60,000 bases of DNA, taken from Lytechinus pictus. Taxonomy: Eukaryota. The notes beneath the pieces were generated by a model. It saw only the letters and a program-made list of their open reading frames with translations, was not told where the DNA came from and ran no database searches. The DNA lies in contig NC_087246.1 in assembly GCF_037042905.1 (NCBI RefSeq), forward strand, positions 8,248,001 to 8,308,000. Reading direction: 5' to 3'. Below, piece by piece: positions 52,301 through 60,000 of the stretch. Position 1 is the stretch's first letter, and every line of letters starts with the position of its first letter. The translations under genes were made by a program, and so were the position numbers.

Positions 52301-53570
52301 TACATACATGTACTTGCCTCTACAATGATATACCGTTTCCTCATTTCATGATTATCTTGCAGTTGATCTTCTGCACACGTTCCTCTTTCTCATAACAATA
52401 CACTACTTCGGTTTTACCTTTCCCATCTCTCTCTTTCACTCATTTATCCTCCTATGGTTATTACGCTCTTTTGCTAGTCCTTTTTACCTGTCTTTTTTTT
52501 TTTTTGGGGGGGGGTCTGAAATCCCTTCATTCACAGCCTTTATTTTACTAATACACCACTCCTTTCCTCGTGACAAAAAACAGGAATAATGTCCAAAGTA
52601 ACCATTTCTGGGTCATATCGGGACCTCTCTCTATCAGATAGGACCTTATTCCGAGTCATTTTTGACCGGGAACAGAATATCGGAAATAAAGGACTGATCT
52701 CCCGGTCAATCTGACTCGTGATTTTGAAGAAAGTATTTCGCTTACAGCGGCTGTAACTTTAATTTGGCCAAACATTTTGTGCTCTCCAAGAAAATATCCA
52801 AATTATCTACTACATTTATTTGCTTATAAGATCAATGTTTGACTAATAACATCAGTCGGTTTCATGCCTTATAGTCAAAGAACATAATTTATTAGATATT
52901 TAATTACATAAAGTGATTCTTTGTTGCCAGAGTGCAAGGTCAATACATCTAACATTTAATGACTGCTTAATAAATTAATTGTTTAGTTACCTCATTCGCT
53001 TAATTACTCATTGCACTGTCAGCATTATTCACATTTATAAAACATGACCGTTTTTTAGGCAACATGGAGATGATAATGCAGAGTTTATGCTTATAGTGAT
53101 CAATTAATTACACGAATAAATATCCAGTATTGCAAGCGCATATACTGGGACATTGAAATTCTCTATAGGTAAATGTCTACACATAATAGACAATGGATTA
53201 TATAAAAAATTAAAATCACAATGAAAGCTTGTCCATGAAAATCATACTTGACTGACTTTACACAAACTTTTATTTTTCATAGCAGATTCCAATTTGATAT
53301 CAAACAGGAAATCATAATTTTACCAGTGTTGTAGTACTTGACCTTGAGTTTGCCTTAGCCTTGGTCTTGAGGAATTGACGCCTTGAAACACAAGGCATTT
53401 TATGGAATTTTCAAGGCATGAGTACATGTACATGTGGTGAATATGCTTCTAATAATCAAATTATACTGGATGTTAATAACTAATGCCAAGTATAGCCTTC
53501 ATAATGATGATACCACCCCTCTACAACTATAGAGAGAAACAGAAATCACAGCAGAAGCGGTAGAAGGAGA

Positions 53571-54165
53571 CAAGTGGAGCGCCTCTGGCAGTCTCGCCTG
53601 CATTACGCAATTCAATATAGCAGCAGCGATGACTTAAAAAACTGCTATAAAATGGGTATTCACAAAAAGCACCATTCATATAATGATATGATACTATGTT
53701 CATTGACCCTAAAATTTAGTGTCGATGTCATTTAATGACATTTCACCTTGGTCATGACTGTGACCCAAGACCTGTAAGTGATACTTGATTACCCCTATGT
53801 CCATATTTCATAAAATAATTATATCCATAAACTTTTATAGATATGATTGCAATTCCTAAATTACCCCCCCAAATGGCAAAAGTTCATTGACCTTAAATGA
53901 CCTTTGACTTTGATCATGTGACCTGAAACCCGGACAGGATGTTTATTAATACTTGATTACTCGTATGTCCAAGTTTCATGAACTAGATCCATAAAATTTT
54001 AAAGTTATGATGAAATTTAGAAAAAACAACCGTAGGTTAAGATTTTGATGTTCATTGACACTAAATGACATTTGATCTCGGTCATGTGACCTGAAACTAA
54101 AGCAGGATGTTCAGTAATACATGATTAACTTTATGTCAAAGTTTTATGAACAAGGTCTATATACT
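53571..54165 (-). mobile_element. Opposite-orientation copy of the same Helentron/DINE-1-like repeat
   Basis: Starts CAAGTGGAGCGCCTCTGGCAGTCTCGCCTG, the reverse complement of the 41754 end. Confidence 0.55.
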
Positions 54166-54167
54166 TT

Positions 54168-54326
54168 TGAAGGTTTCCATGGCGAAGAAAAGAATAGTGT
54201 AGTAGGTTTCACGGTACACCATGTATCTTTCTTGGGCAAGTGTTGGTCCTGAAAAGGACCACCCAATCTCGACGTTTCGACAAGTGTGTTCTTGTCGTTC
54301 TCAGGAGGACGACAAGAACACACTTG
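54168..54326 (-). mobile_element. Penelope pseudo-LTR fragment with degenerate minimal hammerhead and a short inverted copy of stem II
   Basis: Reverse-complement homolog of 46028-46160; core reads CUGAGAA; ACGACAAGAACACACTTG is repeated in inverted orientation at 54309-54326. Confidence 0.7.
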
Positions 54327-54993
54327 CTTGGGTCCGCAAGGCCAACACAGAAATCTTGAACGCTGGACCACCGCTGCTTCGCCAGCTTTGCCCGCGGGTG
54401 GTGATTAAACGTTGCACAAACTTTGGTGAAGCGGTTGTAAGCGATTTACGAGCGGACACGGAATTGCTGGAACGGTGTCGGGCGTTGAAGCAACGATCCA
54501 TTACGGTGATGAACATTGGTTTGGCGTTGGTATGGAGATGTCGAAGCGCGCGTGACCAGAATTTGGCTATAAATAGGGGGAGAAATGGACCAGCTAGGAG
54601 CCCACTTGGAATCTATCAGAACTTGTATCAAAGCGATTCGTTCAGTTCCGTACAGTCAAAAGCGGTATACCGCTAAACCAACTTTAAACCCCCGCCGAGC
54701 CAACGCCCGCATGCGCAGAACGCCGCTCTATCAACGTTCGCTTCGCCGCTAAACCAACGCTCGCTACCATTCGCTTCTGTTAAACCAACGCTAAAGCAAC
54801 TCTGGCTTCAGCGGTGCATATCCGGGGTGCATATACTAGGTTTTGAACCCATGCAAGCCTATATATTTTGCTATACAAGGAGCGATTAAAAAAATCAGTT
54901 ACTACTTTGGATTGCATATTGTCACCGAACCATGAAATCATAAAGATATACATGACTTGTATAAAAACGTATTCGGTGGAATCAAACGAGATT

Positions 54994-57900
54994 TTAAAAA
55001 TGCATGATAAACTCAAAATATTGACAGTCATCAACCATCAGGAAGTCATTGCTCGATACAGTTCGATTGGAATTGTTGAGCTGGCACTGAACTCTCCCCT
55101 CTCTTGAGAAAACATTTATGGACAAACAGTCGAGAAGGCTCAAACAGCGGGCTACACAGCGGATCTTAGAAGTAAGAAGGTCTTCATAAATCACGTGACC
55201 GACTAGACAGTTCCCTGTACTGATTGAATATATCTTCATGTATCCGAAGTGTAACCCTCGCATTTGACTCTTCGGAGCCGCAGTTGGATAAACCAGCATA
55301 TCGGTTGTGATCACAGCAGTGTCAGAAGGAATCGTTTGATCAGTGGTGACTTCAGCAGTAAATGGAACGTGCTCCTCTGTTGTACTCTCCACACTCTCGG
55401 CTGACGAAAAAATTGGTTGTTCTGTCGTTACAACAGTTTGAGATGTATCTTGAGGGTTTGCAACTGTGTGGAACCAGAAAATGTATAACAGATTAGATCA
55501 AAATAAAAAAAGATGTAAAATACATCTTTCTATCTATTATTCACGCGGATTCACTTAGGGTTCATGCTCGCCAACATCTAATCCTATGTAGGCCTGTATA
55601 ATTAACCTAGTCTACAGGCGCATACTCCGAATAATACTTTGTTTGTCAAGTTGTTCTTCACACAAGACTAGCGCGAAAGTAACTTGCGAATTCGGGTCAC
55701 CATCCGTGGTCAATGTGTGAAACCCATACGCTGCCCTGTCTTTTTTTTTCTGCCGGTAATGACCAGTAAACAAAGTATTAGTAATTGGTAAATCATTGGT
55801 AATTATTGGCATTGGTAAAAATTTACCTTCTATTTCACAGACGATGGAAATGGGTGTTGCTGCGCAATCATAAACACCCCAAGTTCCTGCAATGAAATAA
55901 ACACAGTCCGCTTGCTCAGTATTCGAACTCAATATTTCGTTAGCTGTATAAATGAAAAAAGGAGGGAGAGACAGAGAGAATGGGAGATGGAAGGGAAGGG
56001 ATTATTATTTCAAGCTGTTTGAGGTAGGTTAATGTATATGTGGGCACATTCATTCCAGACCAAAATCATTCGAGCTGCATTTATGGGTGTGTGAATTTTT
56101 AATAATTTCACGCAGTAAAAGAGAACGATTAAGCTATATACAATCAAACCGGCGAAACCGACTTAATCTAAATCCATGAAAGCAATGACTTCTGTCGGAT
56201 TAATGTCAGTTTGCGTGAATATAAGCAAGAGTTTCAAAGAATGTATTTGTTACATTTCTGAACATGACAATCTTGAGGGGACTAGAGACTAGTTAAAAGA
56301 ATCCAATTAGAATCGGGAATGTGTAGGTACTTACCCGTGTAAGTGATAGGGTGATCATCATCTCCACAAACAAATTGTCCTTCCACAAGATGGTCTCTAC
56401 AGTTAAGCCATATATGCCACCCACTTGAGATGCTATTGACGTAATTGTTCTCCTCTACGGACGTGATCTCAACTATCGAAGCTCCCTGACCTTCACATGT
56501 AGCAACTGCTGTGTCCCAAACCATACTACCTCCCTGTACGTAGTAACAAGTGGATGAGAATTCGCTCCATCCTGTCCCGTTTGGACATTCTGTATTCAAG
56601 AATTGCAAGGAAAATATATTGAACATGAAGATATTTAGAGGCTTAATTCATTATCAATTCATTGTACTAGTCTACAATTCCAAGCCTTATGGAGAAGAAG
56701 AAGAAGAAGAAGAAGAAGAAGAAAAAGAAGAAGAGGAAGAAAAAGAAGAAGAAAAACACTTGTAAAGAATAAAACAACGCAGTATACCAACCTGCAGTTT
56801 CGACAGTAGCTGAAGAGAGTTCTTGTGGGTTTGTATCTATGTGAAACCAAATTAATAAATAGAGGAAACATTGAGCTTCAGAAATTTTAATATGACCATT
56901 GAACGGATTCATTTGCATCCCAATGTCTTGAGTATAAAGACAAAAATTACTTTAACCCGACCAACCATAATTTTAATCAAGTATATCTTCAATTTTTGCA
57001 AATCCTAAAAATATAACACTGGCAAATGGTAAGGTAGAGCATTGTCTCTGCATGGCATAAGCAGAGAACACTCGTGTAAGATCGACACTCGATCTCCCTA
57101 TAAAAAATACATCTGGGAGTTTTTACTGTATATCATAAAGGTACCTGATTTAAAAAAAGACCAACCATTAGCATGATTAGTGCTTTATTCGGGAACCAAA
57201 ATCCATGTCAACATATTGCTTATAAATAATCCCGACATCGACATGGAAAAGGTACCGTAATTTTGTCACTCCATCAATCATGCTGCCTTAGTCACACACA
57301 CTCACTCAGTCAAATTGTATTCACCTTGACACGTTATATTAACCCCTCAACTATACTTCGGTTCTGAGGCGCCGCAAACGTGGCGCCACAAAGGAGAACA
57401 TGTGACATGAATAATGGCAGATGTGGTGACAGATACTGATGGTTTTAAGTAATTTATCTTACTACATTGTTGTTTTGTAAGTCATGGCTGGTTCTATGAT
57501 ATCTCGATTGTCTTAATTTTGGTAAAAACTCACCATCTATTTCACAGACGATAGAAATGGGTGTTACTGCGCAATCGTAAACACCCCAAGTCCCTGCAAT
57601 AAAATAAACACAGTCCGCTTGCTCAGTATTCGAACTCAATTCATTAGCTGCGTAAGTGAGTGAGAAGGAAAAATGAGAAAGAAAAAATATTATTAAATTC
57701 TTTAAAGCGGTTTGAGGCTTATCAGGTGGATGCATATATCATTTTTGATATCATTCCAGAAAAGAACAAAGGACGGGGCAAAATTTACATTATGACATAA
57801 CTCATCTTTTCCTTTGCTTTATTTATTTTCATAATTATTTTTCTTGATCGTATTATGTTTTACTTTTTTATGGGGGGGGGGGGGGTTCCATGACGGCTAA

Positions 57901-58378
57901 GCCCCCCCCCCCTCCATCTGTATGCCAGTGATGAAAGTTGATTAATTGAGCCCTGGAAAGGAAGTGAGTCCAATGTTTCAAATTGGCATTTAAAACAAGA
58001 AAAATATAGGGCCTGCACTTTAAAGTAAATGTTTTTAACATTTCATAACACGAATATCTTGAAGAGACTAGACTTAGACACTAGTAACAGAATCCAATAA
58101 GAATCGGGATGTTAGGTACTTACCCGTGTAAGTGATTGGGTGATCATCATCTCCACAAACAAATTGTCCTTCCACAAGATGGTCTCTACAGTTAAGCCAT
58201 ATATGCCAGCCACTTGAGATGCTATTGACGTAATTGTTCTCCTCTATGGAAGTGATCTCAACTATCGAAGCTCCATGACCTTCACAGGTAGCAACTGCTG
58301 TGTCCCAAACCATACTACCTCCCTGTATGTAGTAACAAGTGGATGAGAATTCGCTCCATCCTGTCCCGTTTGGACATT
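54994..58378 (-). CDS. Tandem CTLD-CTLD + Thr-rich stalk + PAN/apple protein, 5' incomplete. Exons 58378-58124, 57647-57534, 56589-56335, 55943-55827, 55463-54994
   Basis: Five phase-1 GT-AG exons of 255, 114, 255, 117 and 470 nt read in frame. Two near-identical CTLDs (CPNGTGWSEFSSTCYY..WDTAVATC). Last exon is T/E-rich, then KIRCVARCLSLLDCLSINV..CQLN. Signal-peptide exon not identified in the window. Confidence 0.88.
56693..56753. repeat. (GAA)n microsatellite
   Basis: Direct reading. Confidence 0.9.
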
Positions 58379-58699
58379 CTGTATTCAAGAATTGCAAAGA
58401 GTACATATTGAACATATTGAAGTGATTTTGGAAGTTAAACTCAACAAACCAGCAGGTCTCTGTCGTGTATGTCATGTAGAATAACTCAAATGACTTGACA
58501 ATCCTTTTGGTTGGTATCAATGATTTGTCTTTAAATGTGAACTCATGATGATGATTAACACTTTTTTAAATTCAATTAGATTCTGGCTTTTTCAAAAATC
58601 TAATTGGTTTTGGAATCCTGATAAATCAAAGTAAAATAATTAACAGATAATCTATGTTTTTCTGTAAGTCGTGATGATCTACATGTTTTAAGTGTTTAA

Positions 58700-59548
58700 T
58701 ATAGGTCTCACCAGCGAATCATGAATACTCTAACTTCTCATGTCTCTAGTCTGGGTCTCAAACTAAAGCCATCGAAATGTAGGTCATTGTCAATCTCTAG
58801 TGGAGTAATAAACAAAACTACCTCATTTCAAATAGAGGGCCAGAATGTTTTGTCACTGAGTGTTACTGACAACCATTTTAAGTTCCTTGGGTCACTTGTC
58901 ACTGATAATGACAATTCCAGGTCAGTTTATGAATACCTCAATGAAATTATAACGTCAGGATTACGTAATATAGATGCTTCCTTAGTACGTCCAGTCTATA
59001 AATTGAAATCGTTGAGGTCGCCAAGTCGGGTATTGATGCGCACAGTGAATCTGTATCGGGTCCTGTCATCCAAAGTGATCTCGCATGTGACGCGCGGTCT
59101 GTCCGGTCTACTGTACCTCTTGAATGCACCAAAACAGACTTAATCCCAGATATGTGCATATTTTGGAAACGGGATAAGAAACTTGCAATTATTGAACTCA
59201 CGGTTCCTTTCGAAACAAATCTGATCAGGGCAAATGAACGAAAATCAAATAAATATGCACCTATGATTTCGGACTTAGAAGCCAATGGTTTCGATGTGCT
59301 TTTCTTTCCTATAGAAATAGGTTCCAGGGCTATATCAGTAACGACAATTCACAAAAGCTGAAGAAATTTCTCTCGTTATGTGGGAAACCAGTGCCTTTCA
59401 AGACCTTTCGGGATAAACTTGCGTCACTTGCCATCACTTCTTCATTTGTAATATATTCGGCCAAGGAGGAACCCGTATGGGAATGTCATAACCCACTAAT
59501 GTAATAATAACCAAATACCGTAAGTAAAAAAATAATAATAAAAAAAAT
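58700..59548 (+). mobile_element. Fragment of a restriction-like-endonuclease non-LTR retrotransposon (R2/R4/NeSL/Hero group)
   Basis: Late RT motifs GLKLKPSKC and FKFLG, then endonuclease LIPDMCIF...IIELTVPFE....A.ERK..KY......F.V.FFPIEIGSR; short A-rich tail. Confidence 0.8.
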
Positions 59549-60000
59549 ACTACGACTTATTGTGAGGATTTCCAAAATGTGACCCCCCCCCCCTCCCCAT
59601 AACATACACTCTCGGAGATATTTTGTTCAATATATTGCCGTTGGTGGGCGTATGGGCCTTCCGACTGTTGATTGGTAAAATGCATTCGTTTCGTGTGCAA
59701 TTTTCTTTGTCCAGCGGTTGGTGGATTCATGTGTTGACCAGCCCAATACATTTTCTTTCTTCTTTCTGAGAGTGTATGATGTGTGGAGGGAAACAAATAT
59801 CCATTTATTTGTATCCAAGGAAGAAAGAAACGTAATCTGGTCATTTGCCTGTGTCGGGGTATAATTATGTGCAATCATTTGAATTTATGTAATGCCCTGG
59901 AAGTCACATGTTGTTTTTATTTCTCTTTCTCTCTCACACCCCCCCCCCCTCTCTCTCTCTCCCACCAGCCCCCACCCTCGCACTCTCTCTCCTCTCTCTT

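Noticed and set aside
56755..56830. Possible hammerhead in a gene 3 intron (minus strand ..CTACTGTC-GAAA-CTGCAGG)
   Set aside because: No CUGANGA core or stem II partner upstream; at most a truncated Penelope LTR end beside (GAA)n.

Overview
AT-rich animal genomic DNA; the repeat families suggest a sea urchin (inference). The window holds three intron-containing C-type lectin (CTLD) + PAN/apple-domain genes, assembled by hand from phase-1 GT-AG exons: two tandem + strand paralogs (18191-42054 and 44041-48120; signal peptide-CTLD-PAN) and one convergent - strand gene (54994 to beyond 58378; CTLD-CTLD-Thr-rich stalk-PAN, first exon not found). The rest is mostly transposon-derived. A Neptune-type Penelope-like element forms a 1.47-kb inverted repeat with a hammerhead-like ribozyme in each arm. 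Two further small Penelope LTR fragments carry minimal hammerheads. Lectin 1 intron 3 contains a multi-layer nest (Helentron-like repeat, Kolobok-like MITEs, SINEs, L1/Tx1 LINE, L2/CR1-group LINE). There is also an R2/R4-like fragment, many MITEs with visible TSDs, and a recent 2.76-kb tandem duplication over a ~190-bp AAAATGGCGGC subrepeat array. Most ORFs in the supplied track are spurious. No database searches or folding programs were run.
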